Shown piece after piece: positions 21,355-33,253 of a stretch of DNA of 64,000 nucleotides. The stretch's first letter is position 1, and every line of letters begins with the position of its first letter. The notes under the pieces are model-generated. The model was not told the origin of the DNA. It made no database searches and saw only the letters and a program-made list of their open reading frames with translations. A program made the position numbers and the translations under genes. Source of the stretch: an uncultured Chlamydiaceae bacterium (lineage in GTDB: Bacteria; Chlamydiota; Chlamydiia; Chlamydiales; Chlamydiaceae); the NCBI GenBank assembly GCA_963558895.1, contig CAUWIK010000004.1:32966-96965 (forward strand), read 5' to 3'.

Positions 21355-21383
21355 TTGTCAAAATCTTAAATCTTTGTTAATCT
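21355..21383 (+). promoter_or_regulatory. candidate sigma-70-type promoter for the rplC operon
   Basis: TTGTCA, 17-nt spacer, TAATCT, about 130 nt upstream of rplC. Such matches arise easily by chance in AT-rich DNA. Confidence 0.25.
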
Positions 21384-21515
21384 CTTTTCTTTATTTTCCT
21401 TTGGAAAGAAAAACTCTTTTCTTTCTAGGAAGCTCTGTTTTAGTAATATTTAATGATTTGTGCAAACTATATATTGGATAAAAAATTTCCTTTAATTAGT
21501 TTGTTTAGGATGTTT

Positions 21516-22181
21516 ATGCAAAAGCACTTTAGTTTAAAAGCTCAAAAACTAGGTATGACTCATGTTTTTGATGAGCAAGGTAATATAGTTCCTTGTACTA
21601 TTCTTTCTCTTCAACCTAATTTTGTGACGCAAATTAAGCGTCCAGAAGTTGATGGATATAGTGCAATTCAATTAGGTTTTGGTAAGATAGTTGTTAAGGA
21701 TGAACGTACTTTGGAAAAACGATATTCTAAATCGTTATTAGGACATGTAAAAAAATCCAAAATTTCATTAATGCGTGGTTTTTATGAAGTTCGCGTTTGT
21801 GAAAATGAATTAAGTAATTTTCATGAAGGACAATCGATAGGCATAGAACTTTTTGAAAAAGCTTCCTTAATTCAAGTTCAAGGTAATTGTAAAGGAAAAG
21901 GATTTCAGGGAGTTATGAAGAAATATGGATTTAGAGGAGGTCCGGCTAGTCATGGATCTGGATTTCATAGACATGGTGGTTCCACAGGAATGAGATCGAC
22001 TCCAGGGCGATGTTTGCCTGGTGTTAAAAAACCAGGTAGATTGGGAGGCGGTAGTGTTACAACAAAAAATCTTCGATTAATTCGAGTTGATACAGAAAAT
22101 AATGTGTTGTTTGTTCAGGGGGGTGTTCCTGGGGCAAAAAATGCTTGGTTAACTATTTCTTGTATTACTAATAAAGGTTAA
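21516..22181 (+). CDS. rplC: 50S ribosomal protein L3
   Basis: KLGMTHVFDEQGNIVPCT... and FQGVMKKYGFRGGPASHGS. The ATG at 21516 is preceded by AGGA, and the track start at 21453 is probably too far upstream. Confidence 0.95.
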   Translation: MQKHFSLKAQKLGMTHVFDEQGNIVPCTILSLQPNFVTQIKRPEVDGYSAIQLGFGKIVVKDERTLEKRYSKSLLGHVKKSKISLMRGFYEVRVCENELSNFHEGQSIGIELFEKASLIQVQGNCKGKGFQGVMKKYGFRGGPASHGSGFHRHGGSTGMRSTPGRCLPGVKKPGRLGGGSVTTKNLRLIRVDTENNVLFVQGGVPGAKNAWLTISCITNKG

Positions 22182-22193
22182 GGAGATTTAGAA

Positions 22194-22859
22194 GTGATGT
22201 TAATTGCAAAGCGTAATTTTCGTGGAGACAAAGTAGGTGAGTTTTCTTTGAGTGATGATTTTTTTTCTATGGAAGGAGTAAGTGCCCAATCCATAAAAGA
22301 TTATATTGTTGCTTTAAGAGCAAATAGGCGTCAGTGGTCTGCTAATACAAAGGGTCGTTCAGAAGTTAGTCATTCAACTAAAAAGCCTTTTAGACAAAAA
22401 GGGACAGGAAATGCTCGTCAAGGAAGTTTAGCTGCTCCTCAGTTTAGAGGAGGAGGAATTGTATTTGGTCCTAAGCCAAAATTTGATCAATTTACTCGCA
22501 TAAATAAGAAAGAAAAAAGATCTGTAATTCGTTTTCTTTTAGGACAAAAAATAAAAGAGGAAAAGTTTCTTCTTTTAGAAAATTCTTGTTTTTCTTCTTT
22601 TGATCAACCGAAAACAAAAAAAGTTATTGAACTTCTAAAAAATTGTAATGTTCCTCTAAGAGGATTACTTTTTGTAGATTCAATAGAACAAAAAGAAATT
22701 AACAAGAATTTTAAAAAAGGAGCGAGAAATCTTGCTGCTTATCGAGATTTTGTTTTAGGTCTAAATCTTAATGCATATGATCTTATGGTTTCTCATTTTG
22801 TTATTTTTTCTGAAGGTGCTTTAGAGGAAGTAACTAATTTGTTATTAGAGGGAAAATAA
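22194..22859 (+). CDS. rplD: 50S ribosomal protein L4
   Basis: KPFRQKGTGNARQGSLAAPQFRGGGIVFGPKP. Confidence 0.95.
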   Translation: MMLIAKRNFRGDKVGEFSLSDDFFSMEGVSAQSIKDYIVALRANRRQWSANTKGRSEVSHSTKKPFRQKGTGNARQGSLAAPQFRGGGIVFGPKPKFDQFTRINKKEKRSVIRFLLGQKIKEEKFLLLENSCFSSFDQPKTKKVIELLKNCNVPLRGLLFVDSIEQKEINKNFKKGARNLAAYRDFVLGLNLNAYDLMVSHFVIFSEGALEEVTNLLLEGK

Positions 22860-22860
22860 A

Positions 22861-23190
22861 ATGAAAACACCTTATGATGTAGTTAAAAGTCGATATATTA
22901 CTGAGAAAGCAAAAGTTTTAGAAAGGCTATTATCTAAGAAGGGAACTAAAAAAAGCGATTCTGATTTTTCTTATCTTAAATACATTTTTGAAGTTCATCC
23001 AAAAGCTAATAAAACAAAAATAGCTCAAGCTATAGAAGCTATATATAGAGATGAAGAAGTAAAAGTTATTAAGGTAAATACTATTATATTGAAGCCTAAA
23101 CCAAAGAAAATGGGGAAAGGGCGTCCTGGGAGCACAAAAAGTATTAAAAAAGCTATTGTTACAATGTCTTCTAATAAGGCCATAGCTTAA
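22861..23190 (+). CDS. rplW: 50S ribosomal protein L23
   Basis: 109 aa. YDVVKSRYITEKA, plus its position between L4 and L2. Confidence 0.9.
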   Translation: MKTPYDVVKSRYITEKAKVLERLLSKKGTKKSDSDFSYLKYIFEVHPKANKTKIAQAIEAIYRDEEVKVIKVNTIILKPKPKKMGKGRPGSTKSIKKAIVTMSSNKAIA

Positions 23191-23208
23191 TATAAGGATA
23201 AAATTGTT

Positions 23209-24066
23209 ATGTTGAAGAAATTTAAACCAAAAACTCCTGGAACTAGACACTTAATTCTTTCTTCTAATGAGGAAATAACCAGAAAAGGGGAAGTAAAAGG
23301 TTCAAACTCTAGAAAAAGAATAAAACCTGAGAAATCTCTTTGCGCACCAAAACGAAGAACAAATGGTAGAGATAACTTTGGACATATTACGTGTCGTCAT
23401 AGGGGTGGAGGAGCTAAGAAGCTTTATAGGATATTAGATTTTAAAAGAGATAAAGATGGTATACCAGCAAGGGTTGCTTCAATTGAATATGATCCAAATA
23501 GATCTGCTTTTATAGCTTTATTGAATTATGCTGATGGAGAGAAGAGGTATATTATTGCTCCTAAAGGCTTACAAAGAGGAGATGAAGTTCTTTCTGGAGA
23601 AGGAAGTCCATTTAAATTAGGTTGTAGCATGTCTTTGAAGAGTATGCCTTTAGGGACTACTATTCATAATATTGAGATGCGTCCTCGAAGTGGAGGTAAA
23701 TTAGTTCGTTCTGCAGGACTTTCTGCTCAAATTGTAGCCAAAAGTGGAGGATATGTTACTTTAAAAATGCCTTCTGGAGAAATGAGGTTATTTCATGAAG
23801 CTTGTAAAGCTACAATAGGTCAAGTATCTAATCAAGATCATAACTTGAGAGTTGAGGGTAAAGCAGGGAGAAAACGGTGGCAAGGGATTAGACCCACAGT
23901 TCGAGGAACTGCTATGAACCCAGTAGATCATCCTCATGGTGGAGGAGAAGGAAAAAATAATGGTTATATTCCTCAGACTCCTTGGGGAAAGGCTACAAAG
24001 GGGTTAAAAACTCGTTGTAAGAGAAAAACTAATAAATGGATAATTAAAGATCGTAGGAAAAAATAA
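23209..24066 (+). CDS. rplB: 50S ribosomal protein L2
   Basis: [26 protein letters not shown] and [12 protein letters not shown]. Confidence 0.97.
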   Translation: MLKKFKPKTPGTRHLILSSNEEITRKGEVKGSNSRKRIKPEKSLCAPKRRTNGRDNFGHITCRHRGGGAKKLYRILDFKRDKDGIPARVASIEYDPNRSAFIALLNYADGEKRYIIAPKGLQRGDEVLSGEGSPFKLGCSMSLKSMPLGTTIHNIEMRPRSGGKLVRSAGLSAQIVAKSGGYVTLKMPSGEMRLFHEACKATIGQVSNQDHNLRVEGKAGRKRWQGIRPTVRGTAMNPVDHPHGGGEGKNNGYIPQTPWGKATKGLKTRCKRKTNKWIIKDRRKK

Positions 24067-24068
24067 TT

Positions 24069-24335
24069 ATGCGAAGATCTCTTAGAAAAGGTCCTTTTGT
24101 TGATCATCATCTTTTAAAAAAAATTAATCAAATGAACGAAAAAGGGAAAAAGGCTCCTATTAAAACATGGTCTAGACGTTCTTTGATTACACCAGAAATG
24201 ATAGGTCATACTTTTGAAGTTCATAATGGAAGAAAATTTCTTTCAGTGTTTGTTTCGGAAACAATGGTTGGTCATAAGTTAGGAGAATTTGCTCCTACTC
24301 GTATGTTTAAGAGTCATCCTGTAAAGAAGAGCTAA
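24069..24335 (+). CDS. rpsS: 30S ribosomal protein S19
   Basis: [16 protein letters not shown] and HNGRKF...[12 protein letters not shown]. Confidence 0.97.
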   Translation: MRRSLRKGPFVDHHLLKKINQMNEKGKKAPIKTWSRRSLITPEMIGHTFEVHNGRKFLSVFVSETMVGHKLGEFAPTRMFKSHPVKKS

Positions 24336-24352
24336 AAGGAGAATAGTTAATT

Positions 24353-24694
24353 ATGTTTAAAGCTTATGCTCGATATCTTAGAGTTCCTCCTAGAAAAGCA
24401 CGCTTAGTTGCAGGACTTATTAGAGGGTTGTCTGTTCAACAAGCTTTTGAGCAATTGATGTTTTCTCAGATGAAAGCTGGCAAATTACTGCAGAAAGTGC
24501 TGAATAGCGCAGTAGCTAATGCTGAGATAAATAGTAACGTGCGAAGAGAACAATTATCTGTTATTGAAGTTCGAGTAGATGAAGGTCCAAAGTATAAAAG
24601 AGCTAAATCTAAAAGTAGAGGAGGACGAGCTCCTATTTTAAAAAGGACAAGTCATTTCACTGTTATTGTTGCTGAAAATGGAGAGAAAAAATAA
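24353..24694 (+). CDS. rplV: 50S ribosomal protein L22
   Basis: [16 protein letters not shown] and [24 protein letters not shown]. Confidence 0.95.
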   Translation: MFKAYARYLRVPPRKARLVAGLIRGLSVQQAFEQLMFSQMKAGKLLQKVLNSAVANAEINSNVRREQLSVIEVRVDEGPKYKRAKSKSRGGRAPILKRTSHFTVIVAENGEKK

Positions 24695-25320
24695 TGGGTC
24701 AAAAAGGTTGTCCAATTGGATTTCGTACTAGTGTTAGTAAAAACTGGAGGTCTCTTTGGTATGGAAATAAACAAGAGTTTGGTGTTTTTTTAGTAGAAGA
24801 TTTTAAAATTCGAGAATTTTTAAGAAAAAAACCATCTTGTCAAGGAGCTTCAAAATTTACTATTAGAAGAATGAGTGGAAAAATAGAAGTCACTATTCAT
24901 ACATCTCGTCCAGGATTGGTTATTGGTAAAAAAGGAATAGAGGTTGATTTGCTTAAAGAGGAATTACGCAAATTAACAAATAAAGAAGTTTGGCTAGAAA
25001 TAGAAGAGATTAAAAGGCCTGAATTAGATGCAAAGTTAGTTGCAGATAATATTGCAAAACAAATAGAAAGAAGAGTTGCTTTTCGTCGAGTTATGAAAAA
25101 AGCTATGCAATCAGTTATGGATGCAGGTGCTGTGGGAGTAAAGGTTCAAATTTCTGGAAGATTAGCTGGAGCTGAAATTGCACGGTCTGAATGGTATAAA
25201 GAAGGCAGAATTCCTTTGCATACTTTAAGAGCTGATATTGATTATGCTACTGCTAGAGCAGAAACTACTTATGGTATTATTGGTGTCAAAGTATGGATTA
25301 ATCTTGGAGAAAAGATTTAA
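24694..25320 (+). CDS. rpsC: 30S ribosomal protein S3
   Basis: [13 protein letters not shown] domain [40 protein letters not shown]. Confidence 0.96.
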   Translation: MGQKGCPIGFRTSVSKNWRSLWYGNKQEFGVFLVEDFKIREFLRKKPSCQGASKFTIRRMSGKIEVTIHTSRPGLVIGKKGIEVDLLKEELRKLTNKEVWLEIEEIKRPELDAKLVADNIAKQIERRVAFRRVMKKAMQSVMDAGAVGVKVQISGRLAGAEIARSEWYKEGRIPLHTLRADIDYATARAETTYGIIGVKVWINLGEKI

Positions 25321-25357
25321 GCATCTTGAGTTTAGAGAATAGGAGAATTAAGATATT

Positions 25358-25774
25358 ATGTTAATGCCTAAACGCACCAAATTTCGTAAACAACAAAAAG
25401 GACAATTTGCAGGTTTTAGTAAAGGTGCTAATTTTATAGATTTTGGTGACTATGGAATGCAAGTTTTAGAACGAGGATGGATTACGAGTCAACAAATAGA
25501 AGCAAGTCGTGTCGCAATTAATAGATACTTAAAAAGAAAAGGAAAAGTTTGGATTCGAATTTTTCCAGATAAAAGTGTGTCTAAAAAACCAGCTGAAACT
25601 CGTATGGGTAAAGGAAAGGGGTCTCCCGATCATTGGGTTGCTGTAGTTAAACCTGGAAGAGTTTTATTTGAAGTTGCTAATGTTTCTAAAGATGAAGCGC
25701 AGAATGCTCTTAGAAGAGCGGCTGCAAAATTAGGATTAAAAACTCGTTTTGTAAAACGTGTAGAAAGGGTTTAA
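25358..25774 (+). CDS. rplP: 50S ribosomal protein L16
   Basis: [15 protein letters not shown] and [22 protein letters not shown]. Confidence 0.96.
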   Translation: MLMPKRTKFRKQQKGQFAGFSKGANFIDFGDYGMQVLERGWITSQQIEASRVAINRYLKRKGKVWIRIFPDKSVSKKPAETRMGKGKGSPDHWVAVVKPGRVLFEVANVSKDEAQNALRRAAAKLGLKTRFVKRVERV

Positions 25775-25783
25775 AGAATATAT

Positions 25784-25990
25784 ATGAGTAGTCAAAAAAA
25801 ATTGTTAAAAGAATTAAGACAACTAGATTCTTCTTCTTTAGATGAAAGACTTGTCTCCTTAAAAAGAGAATTATATTTGCTTAGAGTAGCTATTAAAGTT
25901 GGAAGTACTCCTGTTAAAGTGCATTTATTTACTAAAATTCGTAAAGAAATAGCTCGTGTTTTAACAGTTAAAAAAGAAGGCTTATTATAA
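25784..25990 (+). CDS. rpmC: 50S ribosomal protein L29
   Basis: 68 aa. LRQL...L...[10 protein letters not shown] pattern, plus its position between L16 and S17. Confidence 0.88.
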   Translation: MSSQKKLLKELRQLDSSSLDERLVSLKRELYLLRVAIKVGSTPVKVHLFTKIRKEIARVLTVKKEGLL

Positions 25991-26244
25991 TGAAAGAACA
26001 ATATCATAGAGGTCAAAGAAAAGTAAGGATTGGCACGGTTATTTCCAATCGAATGGAAAAAACTGTTGTAGTAAAAGTAGAAAGAGTTTTTCGTCATCCA
26101 ATTTATTCTAAAGTTGTTAAAAGTTTTAAGAAATACTATGCTCATAATCCTTTTGAAGATCTTGAAGAAGGAACAAAAGTTAGTATTATAGAAACTCGGC
26201 CTCTTTCTAAATTAAAGAGATGGCGAGTAATTAATTGTTTGTAA
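25990..26244 (+). CDS. rpsQ: 30S ribosomal protein S17
   Basis: [28 protein letters not shown]... and [11 protein letters not shown]. Confidence 0.95.
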   Translation: MKEQYHRGQRKVRIGTVISNRMEKTVVVKVERVFRHPIYSKVVKSFKKYYAHNPFEDLEEGTKVSIIETRPLSKLKRWRVINCL

Positions 26245-26268
26245 TTAGCTATTAGGACGGTTTGTAAA

Positions 26269-26637
26269 ATGATTCAGCAAGAGTCTCAGCTTAAGGTGGC
26301 TGATAATTCAGGTGCTAAAATAGTAAAATGCTTTAAAGTTCTAGGAGGATCTAAAAGGCGCTATGCTGGAATAGGAGATATTATAGTATGTTCTGTTAGA
26401 GATGCATTACCTGATAGTCCTTTAAAAAAGGGAGAAGTTGTTAAAGCTGTTATAGTTAGAACTCGTAAAAGCATTTGTAGGAAAGATGGATCAACGTTGC
26501 GATTTGATAGCAATAGTTGTGTAATTATTGATGATAAAGGTAATCCTAAAGGGTCTCGTATTTTTGGTCCTGTAGCAAGAGAAATTAGAGATAGGGGCTT
26601 TATTAAAATTAGTTCGTTGGCTCCTGAGGTAATTTAA
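26269..26637 (+). CDS. rplN: 50S ribosomal protein L14
   Basis: [17 protein letters not shown] and [10 protein letters not shown]. Confidence 0.97.
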   Translation: MIQQESQLKVADNSGAKIVKCFKVLGGSKRRYAGIGDIIVCSVRDALPDSPLKKGEVVKAVIVRTRKSICRKDGSTLRFDSNSCVIIDDKGNPKGSRIFGPVAREIRDRGFIKISSLAPEVI

Positions 26638-26652
26638 GAAAAGGTAGAGCTT

Positions 26653-26988
26653 ATGGGTAAGGCTATTCGTAAAGGAGATGTAGTAAGGGTAATTTCGGGA
26701 AATGATAAAGGGAAAGCTGGTGTAGTGCTTGCATTTCGAGGCAATGATCGAGTTATTGTAGAAGGTGTGAATGTTCGGACAAAACATATGAAAAAAAGTA
26801 AGGAATTTCCTAAAGGAAAAGTTATTGATATTGAATGTCCAATTCATATTTCTAATGTTTGTTTAATGATTAATGACAATAAAGCTAAATTACAGGTTCG
26901 ATTTAATAATGGTCAAAAGGAGCTTTGGAATAAGCAACCGGATGGAAGTGTAGTTTTTTATCGTTTAGTAAAAGAGAGAAGAAGTTAA
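26653..26988 (+). CDS. rplX: 50S ribosomal protein L24
   Basis: [20 protein letters not shown] (KOW motif). Confidence 0.93.
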   Translation: MGKAIRKGDVVRVISGNDKGKAGVVLAFRGNDRVIVEGVNVRTKHMKKSKEFPKGKVIDIECPIHISNVCLMINDNKAKLQVRFNNGQKELWNKQPDGSVVFYRLVKERRS

Positions 26989-26989
26989 G

Positions 26990-27532
26990 ATGAGTAGACT
27001 AAAAGATCAATATTTTCGTGAAATTAGACAGAAATTACTACAAAAATTCTCTTATAAGAATGTAATGCAGATTCCTATGTTAAAAAAAATTGTTATCAGT
27101 ATGGGATTAGCTGATGCTTCTAAAGATAAAAATGCTTTGCAAGATCACTTAAAAGAATTGGCAATGTTATCTGGACAAAAACCTTTAGTGACTAAAGCAA
27201 GAAAGTCAGTGGCTGGATTTAAGTTACGAGAAGGTCAATCTATTGGGGCTAAAGTGACCTTAAGAGGAGTAAGAATGTATGATTTTATGGATCGATTTTG
27301 TAATATAGTGGCTCCTCGTATTAGAGATTTTAGAGGGTTTTCTTTAAAAGGAGATGGGCGAGGAAATTATTCTGTAGGATTAGATGATCAGCAGATTTTT
27401 CCTGAAATTAATTTAGATTTAGTTAAAAGAACTCAAGGAATGAATATTACTTGGGTAACTTCTTGTTCAACTGATGCTGAATGTTTAGAATTATTAAGTT
27501 TATTAGGATTGCGTTTTAAAAAAACGCATTAA
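26990..27532 (+). CDS. rplE: 50S ribosomal protein L5
   Basis: [35 protein letters not shown] and [17 protein letters not shown]. Confidence 0.96.
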   Translation: MSRLKDQYFREIRQKLLQKFSYKNVMQIPMLKKIVISMGLADASKDKNALQDHLKELAMLSGQKPLVTKARKSVAGFKLREGQSIGAKVTLRGVRMYDFMDRFCNIVAPRIRDFRGFSLKGDGRGNYSVGLDDQQIFPEINLDLVKRTQGMNITWVTSCSTDAECLELLSLLGLRFKKTH

Positions 27533-27544
27533 GAGGAGTTGTTC

Positions 27545-27946
27545 ATGAGTTTTGTAAATGATCCTATAGCTGATTTATTGACTAGAATTAGAAATAGTTT
27601 AAAAGCGCAACATCTATTTGTAGATATTCCACATAGTAAAATGAAAGAAGCTATTATTAAAATTTTAAAAGAACATGGGTTTTTAGCACATTTTTTAGTT
27701 AAAGAAGAAAATAAAAAGAAAACTATGCGAGTTTTTTTAAAATATAAGGCGCATAGAGAGCCTGTAATTAGACATTTAAAGAGAGTTTCAAAACCTTCTT
27801 TAAGAGTTTTTGTTTCAGCAAAAAATATTCCTGCTGTTTTTGGTAGTATGGGAGTTCCTGTATTGTCTACTTCTTATGGTGTTATGGATGGGAAAACAGC
27901 AAAAGAAAAAAAGATTGGTGGAGAACTTCTCTGCTTAGTTTGGTAG
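27545..27946 (+). CDS. rpsH: 30S ribosomal protein S8
   Basis: [12 protein letters not shown] and GGELLCLVW. Start at the ATG at 27545 rather than the TTG at 27539. Confidence 0.95.
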   Translation: MSFVNDPIADLLTRIRNSLKAQHLFVDIPHSKMKEAIIKILKEHGFLAHFLVKEENKKKTMRVFLKYKAHREPVIRHLKRVSKPSLRVFVSAKNIPAVFGSMGVPVLSTSYGVMDGKTAKEKKIGGELLCLVW

Positions 27947-27978
27947 TAATTTCAAGGATTTAAGGACGTGTTAGAATT

Positions 27979-28530
27979 ATGTCTCGTAAAGCTAGAGAAC
28001 CGATTGTTATTCCTTCTGGAGTTGAAGTAAAAATAAATGATAGTCAAATTTTTGTAAAAGGACGGAAAGGATCCTTGTCTAAAAATCTTGTAAAAGAAGT
28101 TGTTGTTTCTATTAAAGATAACCAAATAATTGTAGATGCTGCTGCTTTTGTAGTAGATAGACCTGGAAGATTGCAAGGGTTATATTGGGCTTTAATATAT
28201 AACATGGTACAAGGGGTTTCTTCGGGATTTGAAAAGAAATTAGAAATGATAGGAGTAGGTTATAGAGCTGCTGTACAAGGAAGAATATTAGATTTATCCA
28301 TAGGTGTATCTCATCCTACAAAAATTACTATTCCTGAAACATTGGATGTTTTAATAGAAAAAAACACTTTTATTACTGTTAAAGGTATAGATAAACAGTT
28401 AGTAGGAGAATTTGCAGCAACTATTAGAGCTAAGCGTCCTCCAGAGCCATATAAAGGTAAAGGAATTCGCTATGTTGATGAATATGTACGTAGAAAAGAT
28501 GGTAAGACTGGTAAAACTAGTAAAAAGTAA
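27979..28530 (+). CDS. rplF: 50S ribosomal protein L6
   Basis: [23 protein letters not shown] and [11 protein letters not shown]. Confidence 0.96.
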   Translation: MSRKAREPIVIPSGVEVKINDSQIFVKGRKGSLSKNLVKEVVVSIKDNQIIVDAAAFVVDRPGRLQGLYWALIYNMVQGVSSGFEKKLEMIGVGYRAAVQGRILDLSIGVSHPTKITIPETLDVLIEKNTFITVKGIDKQLVGEFAATIRAKRPPEPYKGKGIRYVDEYVRRKDGKTGKTSKK

Positions 28531-28542
28531 TTAGGGTAAGGT

Positions 28543-28914
28543 ATGGAAAGTTCTCTAATCAAAGAGAGGGTAAGGAAATGTCGTCGATCACTTAGAGTTA
28601 GAAAAAAAGTGAGAGGAAGTTTAGAAAAACCTCGTCTTTGTGTAGTAAAAACTAATAAAAATATTTACGTCCAATTAATAGATGATGAAAGTGGTAGGGT
28701 TCTTGCTTCTATTTCTACTATATCCAAAACTGTGAATAAAACAGCTTATAGTAAGAAAAATAAAGAGTCCGCTAAGTTTTTGGGTATGAAAATTGCTGAG
28801 CTGGGCAAAGCTTTAGAAGTAGATCAAGTAGTGTTTGATCGAGGGCCATTTAAATATCATGGAGTGATTGCGATGGTTGCTGATGGAGCTCGAGAGGGCG
28901 GCTTACTATTTTAA
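28543..28914 (+). CDS. rplR: 50S ribosomal protein L18
   Basis: PRLCVVKTNKNIYVQLIDD and VFDRGPFKYHGVIAMVADGAREGGL. Confidence 0.95.
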   Translation: MESSLIKERVRKCRRSLRVRKKVRGSLEKPRLCVVKTNKNIYVQLIDDESGRVLASISTISKTVNKTAYSKKNKESAKFLGMKIAELGKALEVDQVVFDRGPFKYHGVIAMVADGAREGGLLF

Positions 28915-28925
28915 AGAGGTAAAAA

Positions 28926-29411
28926 ATGACATCTCGAAATGATCAAAAAGAAGAACATTTAGAAGAAAAGGTTTTATTTGTAAATCGTTGTGCAAAAGTT
29001 GTTAAAGGAGGAAGAAAATTTAGTTTTTCTGCCTTAATTTTAGTTGGTGATGGCCGAGGCAAAGTGGGTTATGGTTTTGCTAAAGCTAATGAATTAACGG
29101 ATGCTATTCGTAAGGGAGGAGAGGTTGCTCGTAAGAATCTTATAAAAATACCAGCTATTGAAGATGGTTCTATTCCTCATGAAGTTTTTGTACATTTTGA
29201 TGGAGCTCGCTTATTATTAAAACCTGCGCAACCTGGAACTGGAGTTGTAGCAGGATCTAGAGTTAGATCTATTTTAGAGTTAGCAGGAATTAAGGATATT
29301 GTAACTAAAAGTATTGGATCTAATAATCCTATAAACCAGGTAAAAGCAACTTTTAAAGCCTTATCTTTATTAACAAAAAAAGAAAAGATTTTACAAGAAA
29401 GAGGTTCTTAA
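28926..29411 (+). CDS. rpsE: 30S ribosomal protein S5
   Basis: [36 protein letters not shown]. Confidence 0.96.
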   Translation: MTSRNDQKEEHLEEKVLFVNRCAKVVKGGRKFSFSALILVGDGRGKVGYGFAKANELTDAIRKGGEVARKNLIKIPAIEDGSIPHEVFVHFDGARLLLKPAQPGTGVVAGSRVRSILELAGIKDIVTKSIGSNNPINQVKATFKALSLLTKKEKILQERGS

Positions 29412-29412
29412 G

Positions 29413-29847
29413 ATGAAGTTACATGATTTAAAAAGTGTTCTTTTAATTAAGAGAAAAAGAAAAAAAATAGTTGGAAGAGGAACTTCTTCTGGTCATGGAA
29501 AAACTTCTTGTCGTGGACATAAAGGAGATGGTTCTCGTTCTGGAACAAAGCAGCGTTATGGCTATGAAGGAGGAGGCGTACCATTATATAGAAGAGTTCC
29601 TACTCGTGGTTTTTCTAATAAACGATTTTCTACTAAAATAGAAACAATTACTACCTCCAGATTATGTAGAGTGTTTTCAGAAGGAGATGCTATTACACTA
29701 GAAGTTTTAAAATTGAAAAAAATAGTCAAAAGTAATACTAAATTTGTAAAAATTATTTTGAAAGGTAATTTGGATAAAAAATTTCAGTGGTTAGATTCTT
29801 CGGTGTTGCTCTCTCAAGGAGTTCTTTCTCAAGTTCAAGCAAGTTAA
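29413..29847 (+). CDS. rplO: 50S ribosomal protein L15
   Basis: [19 protein letters not shown] and [14 protein letters not shown]. Confidence 0.94.
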   Translation: MKLHDLKSVLLIKRKRKKIVGRGTSSGHGKTSCRGHKGDGSRSGTKQRYGYEGGGVPLYRRVPTRGFSNKRFSTKIETITTSRLCRVFSEGDAITLEVLKLKKIVKSNTKFVKIILKGNLDKKFQWLDSSVLLSQGVLSQVQAS

Positions 29848-29859
29848 TGGGGAAATAAA

Positions 29860-31230
29860 ATGCTAACCTCTATTCGTCGTATTGTAGACATTCCTGAATT
29901 ACGTAATCGTCTTTTGTTAACTTTTGTATTATTAGCAGCTTGTCGTTTAGGTGTTTTTATTCCAGTTCCAGGAATTAATGGTGAGTTAGCTTTGCAGTAT
30001 TTTCGGCAAAATGTTGGTAGCAGTCAAAATTTGTTTCAGATGATAGATATTTTTTCTGGCGGAGCTTTTGCTCAAATGACAGTTATTGCTCTAGGGGTTG
30101 TTCCTTATATTTCAGCTTCAATTATTATTCAGTTAATGATGGTTTTTTTGCCTTCATTACAAAGAGATATAAGAGATAATCCTGAAATGGGTCGTCGTAA
30201 AATAGGAAAATATACGCGTGTCTTTACTGTATTTTTGGCTATATTTCAATCTTTTTTATTTGCAAAATTTGCTCTTCAAATTAATTACTCTTTTCCAGGA
30301 ATTATTGTCCCTCAAATTTTGTCCTTTCATTTATTTGGAAGTCCAATATTATTTTATGTTATGACTTGTGTTGTTATGACTACAGGAACTTTAATTTTGA
30401 TGTGGATAGGAGAACAAATTTCAGATAAAGGCATTGGTAATGGAGTTAGTTTAATTATAGCATTGGGAATTTTGGCTTCTTTCCCTTCCGTTTTGGGATC
30501 TATAATAAATAAGTTAAATCTAGGTTCTCAAACGGTAGGAGAACTTTCTTGGATATCTCTTTTAATTTTATTTTTTGTTTTTGTAATAGTTTTAATAGCT
30601 ACAATTTTAATTACAGAAGGAGTTAGAAAAATACCTGTTCAACATGCTAGAAGAATAGTTGGAAGACAGGAGATGCATGGAGGGAGTTCATATTTGCCAT
30701 TAAAAGTAAATTATGCTGGTGTAATACCTGTTATTTTTGCATCATCTTTGCTTATGTTTCCGGCTACTATAGCTCAATTAATAAAAGGTTCAAAAAGATT
30801 AAGTTCTTTAGCTGTTTTCTTGTCACCTGGTAGTTGGATATATTCATGTTGTTATGTATTGTTAATTATATTTTTTACTTATTTTTGGACAGCAACTCAA
30901 TTTCATCCTGAGCAAATTGCCTCAGAAATGAAAAAAAATAATGCTTTTATTCCTGGAATTAGACAGGGAAAATTAACTCAAAGCTATTTAGAATATGTTA
31001 TGAATCGAGTAACTTTGATAGGTGCTGTTTTTTTGGCTTTTATTGCTGTTTTACCTTCTATTTTAGGGCGGTTTTTAAATGTAGATAACAATGTTAGTTA
31101 CTTCTTAGGAGGGACTGCTATGTTAATTATTGTCGGAGTTATTCTTGATACTATGAAACAAATTGATTCATTTTTACTTATGAGACGTTACGATAGTTTT
31201 ATGAAAAAAGGAAAAAGTCGTAGACGATAG
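29860..31230 (+). CDS. secY: preprotein translocase subunit SecY
   Basis: 456 aa with 10 TM segments. [26 protein letters not shown] and [17 protein letters not shown]. Confidence 0.97.
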   Translation: MLTSIRRIVDIPELRNRLLLTFVLLAACRLGVFIPVPGINGELALQYFRQNVGSSQNLFQMIDIFSGGAFAQMTVIALGVVPYISASIIIQLMMVFLPSLQRDIRDNPEMGRRKIGKYTRVFTVFLAIFQSFLFAKFALQINYSFPGIIVPQILSFHLFGSPILFYVMTCVVMTTGTLILMWIGEQISDKGIGNGVSLIIALGILASFPSVLGSIINKLNLGSQTVGELSWISLLILFFVFVIVLIATILITEGVRKIPVQHARRIVGRQEMHGGSSYLPLKVNYAGVIPVIFASSLLMFPATIAQLIKGSKRLSSLAVFLSPGSWIYSCCYVLLIIFFTYFWTATQFHPEQIASEMKKNNAFIPGIRQGKLTQSYLEYVMNRVTLIGAVFLAFIAVLPSILGRFLNVDNNVSYFLGGTAMLIIVGVILDTMKQIDSFLLMRRYDSFMKKGKSRRR

Positions 31231-31293
31231 AAGATATTGAAGAATAACCATTTTTAGATTAACATCTTTTGTTTTAAATATAGAGAGAAAGTT

Positions 31294-31662
31294 ATGCCTC
31301 GTATTATTGGAATAGATATTCCTGCAAAAAAAAAGCTATTTATTAGTTTAACTTATATTTATGGTATTGGGAGATCTTTATCCTTGGAAATTTTGCATCA
31401 GTTAAACTTAGATCCTGATATTAGAGCTAGTGAATTGACTGAGGAAGATATTGGTCGATTAAATTCTCTTTTACAATCTTCTTATGTTGTTGAAGGAGAT
31501 TTAAGGAGAAAAGTTCAAGGGGATATTAAGAGATTAGTTAGCATTCATTCCTTTAGGGGACTACGCCATCGATTATCTTTGCCTGTTCGTGGTCAAAGAA
31601 CAAAGACTAATGCTAGAACTCGTAAAGGAAAAAGAAAAACTGTTGCTGGTAAGAAGAAATAA
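31294..31662 (+). CDS. rpsM: 30S ribosomal protein S13
   Basis: MPRIIGIDIP and YRGLRHRLSLPVRGQRTKTNARTRKG. Confidence 0.96.
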   Translation: MPRIIGIDIPAKKKLFISLTYIYGIGRSLSLEILHQLNLDPDIRASELTEEDIGRLNSLLQSSYVVEGDLRRKVQGDIKRLVSIHSFRGLRHRLSLPVRGQRTKTNARTRKGKRKTVAGKKK

Positions 31663-31683
31663 TTTTAATTAAGGAGCTTTTCT

Positions 31684-32094
31684 TTGGCTAAGAAACAAAT
31701 GCAGCTCAAAAAAGGAGCTAAAAGTGCAAAAAAGAAAATAAATAGAAACATTCCATCGGGAGTTGTTCATGTGAAAGCAACTTTCAATAATACTATTGTT
31801 TCTATTACTGATCCTGTAGGAAATGTCATAGCATGGGCTTCAGCAGGTAAAGTAGGATACTCTGGTTCTAGGAAATCCTCAGCTTTTGCGGCTACGGTAG
31901 CAGCACAAGATGCAGCAAAAATTGCTATGAATAGTGGATTAAAAGAAGTCGAAGTTAATTTAAAAGGAACTGGTGCTGGTAGGGAATCTGTAGTTCGAGC
32001 TTTAATAAGTACAGGCTTGGTTGTTTCTATTATTCGGGATGAAACTCCTGTTCCTCATAATGGTTGCAGAGCAAGAAAGAGACGAAGAGTATAG
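31684..32094 (+). CDS. rpsK: 30S ribosomal protein S11
   Basis: TTG start 6 nt after [27 protein letters not shown] and [16 protein letters not shown]. Confidence 0.94.
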   Translation: MAKKQMQLKKGAKSAKKKINRNIPSGVVHVKATFNNTIVSITDPVGNVIAWASAGKVGYSGSRKSSAFAATVAAQDAAKIAMNSGLKEVEVNLKGTGAGRESVVRALISTGLVVSIIRDETPVPHNGCRARKRRRV

Positions 32095-32102
32095 GAGAAA
32101 AT

Positions 32103-33245
32103 ATGATGGAACATGAAGATGAGCAACAAGAACTTCCTGCATTGTTATATGATAAATTTGAATTGCCGCAGTCTATAGAAGTTAATTTTGTAGAAGGTTA
32201 TCCTATTACAAAAAAAGCTCGTTTTGTAGCAGAGCCTTTAGAAAGAGGAATGGGGCATACTTTAGGTAATGCTTTAAGAAGAACTTTATTAGTTGCTTTG
32301 GAAGCTCCAGCAATTATTTCTTTTTCAATGGAAGGTGTTTCTCATGAATATATGGCAGTTCCTGGGATAATAGAAGATGTTACTAATATTATTTTGAATT
32401 TAAAAGGAGCTCTTCTAAAAAAACTTCCAATGCAAGACAATGAGCAAGGAAGAGCCATTCGTTCAATTACTACTTATTTATCAATAGATTTAGCAGATTT
32501 GGATAATGAGAATGGCCAGAAAGTAATTACTTTAGCTGATTTAATTCAAACTAAAGATTTTGAGTTAGTAAATCCAGATCATGTTATTTTTACTATAACT
32601 AAACCATTAGATATTCGGGTTGATTTAAAAGTAGCTTTTGGAAGGGGTTACGTTCCTTCTGAGAGACAAAAACTGCCATCTAAAAAAGTAAATGAAATTA
32701 TTTTGGACGCAGCTTTTTCCCCTGTTATTTTAGCTAATTACTTTGTAGAAGATACTCGAGTAGGACAAGATACGGATTTAGATAGGTTAGTTCTAGATAT
32801 AGAGACTGATGGTAGGTTATTGCCTCAAGAAGCTTTAGCTTTTTCTACTAAAATCTTAGTTAAGCATCTTAGTGTTTTTGAAAAAATGGATGAAAGAAAA
32901 ATTGTTTTTGAAGAAACAGTTTCTTTAGAAAAAGAAAATAAAGATGAAATTTTATCTAAGTTAATTTTAGGTATTAACGAAATAGAACTTTCTGTCCGTT
33001 CAACAAACTGTCTTTCTAGTGCAAATATAGAAACTATTGGAGAACTGGTAATTATGCCAGAACCTAAACTTTTACAATTTCGTAATTTTGGAAAAAAATC
33101 CCTTTGTGAAATTAAAAATAAATTAAAAGAAATGAAATTAGAATTAGGAATGGATTTGAGCCAATTTGGTATTACATTAGAAAATGTAAAAGATAAAGTA
33201 AAATGGTATGCTGAAAGATTGCGTAATAAAAATACAAAAGGGTAG
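32103..33245 (+). CDS. rpoA: DNA-directed RNA polymerase alpha subunit
   Basis: ATG at 32103 preceded by AGGAG. N-terminal domain ([19 protein letters not shown]) and C-terminal domain ([22 protein letters not shown]). Confidence 0.96.
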   Translation: MMEHEDEQQELPALLYDKFELPQSIEVNFVEGYPITKKARFVAEPLERGMGHTLGNALRRTLLVALEAPAIISFSMEGVSHEYMAVPGIIEDVTNIILNLKGALLKKLPMQDNEQGRAIRSITTYLSIDLADLDNENGQKVITLADLIQTKDFELVNPDHVIFTITKPLDIRVDLKVAFGRGYVPSERQKLPSKKVNEIILDAAFSPVILANYFVEDTRVGQDTDLDRLVLDIETDGRLLPQEALAFSTKILVKHLSVFEKMDERKIVFEETVSLEKENKDEILSKLILGINEIELSVRSTNCLSSANIETIGELVIMPEPKLLQFRNFGKKSLCEIKNKLKEMKLELGMDLSQFGITLENVKDKVKWYAERLRNKNTKG

Positions 33246-33253
33246 AAGCAAAA

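Noticed and set aside
21173-21481. 102-aa ORF bridging the Cap1-position gene and rplC
   Set aside because: It starts out of frame inside the upstream gene and reads straight through a clear intrinsic terminator and the promoter spacer, which is implausible for a gene.
22930-26847. ORFs of 106, 117 and 118 aa on the minus strand (22930-23250, 25792-26145, 26491-26847)
   Set aside because: All are antisense to ribosomal protein genes with unambiguous identities, so they are shadow frames.
26990-31293. Absence of rpsN, rpmD, adk, map, infA and rpmJ from the spc/alpha region, and of rpsJ ahead of rplC
   Set aside because: This is the normal chlamydial arrangement as I recall it from C. trachomatis. 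The genes abut with no room for decayed copies, so it is not a deletion or anomaly.
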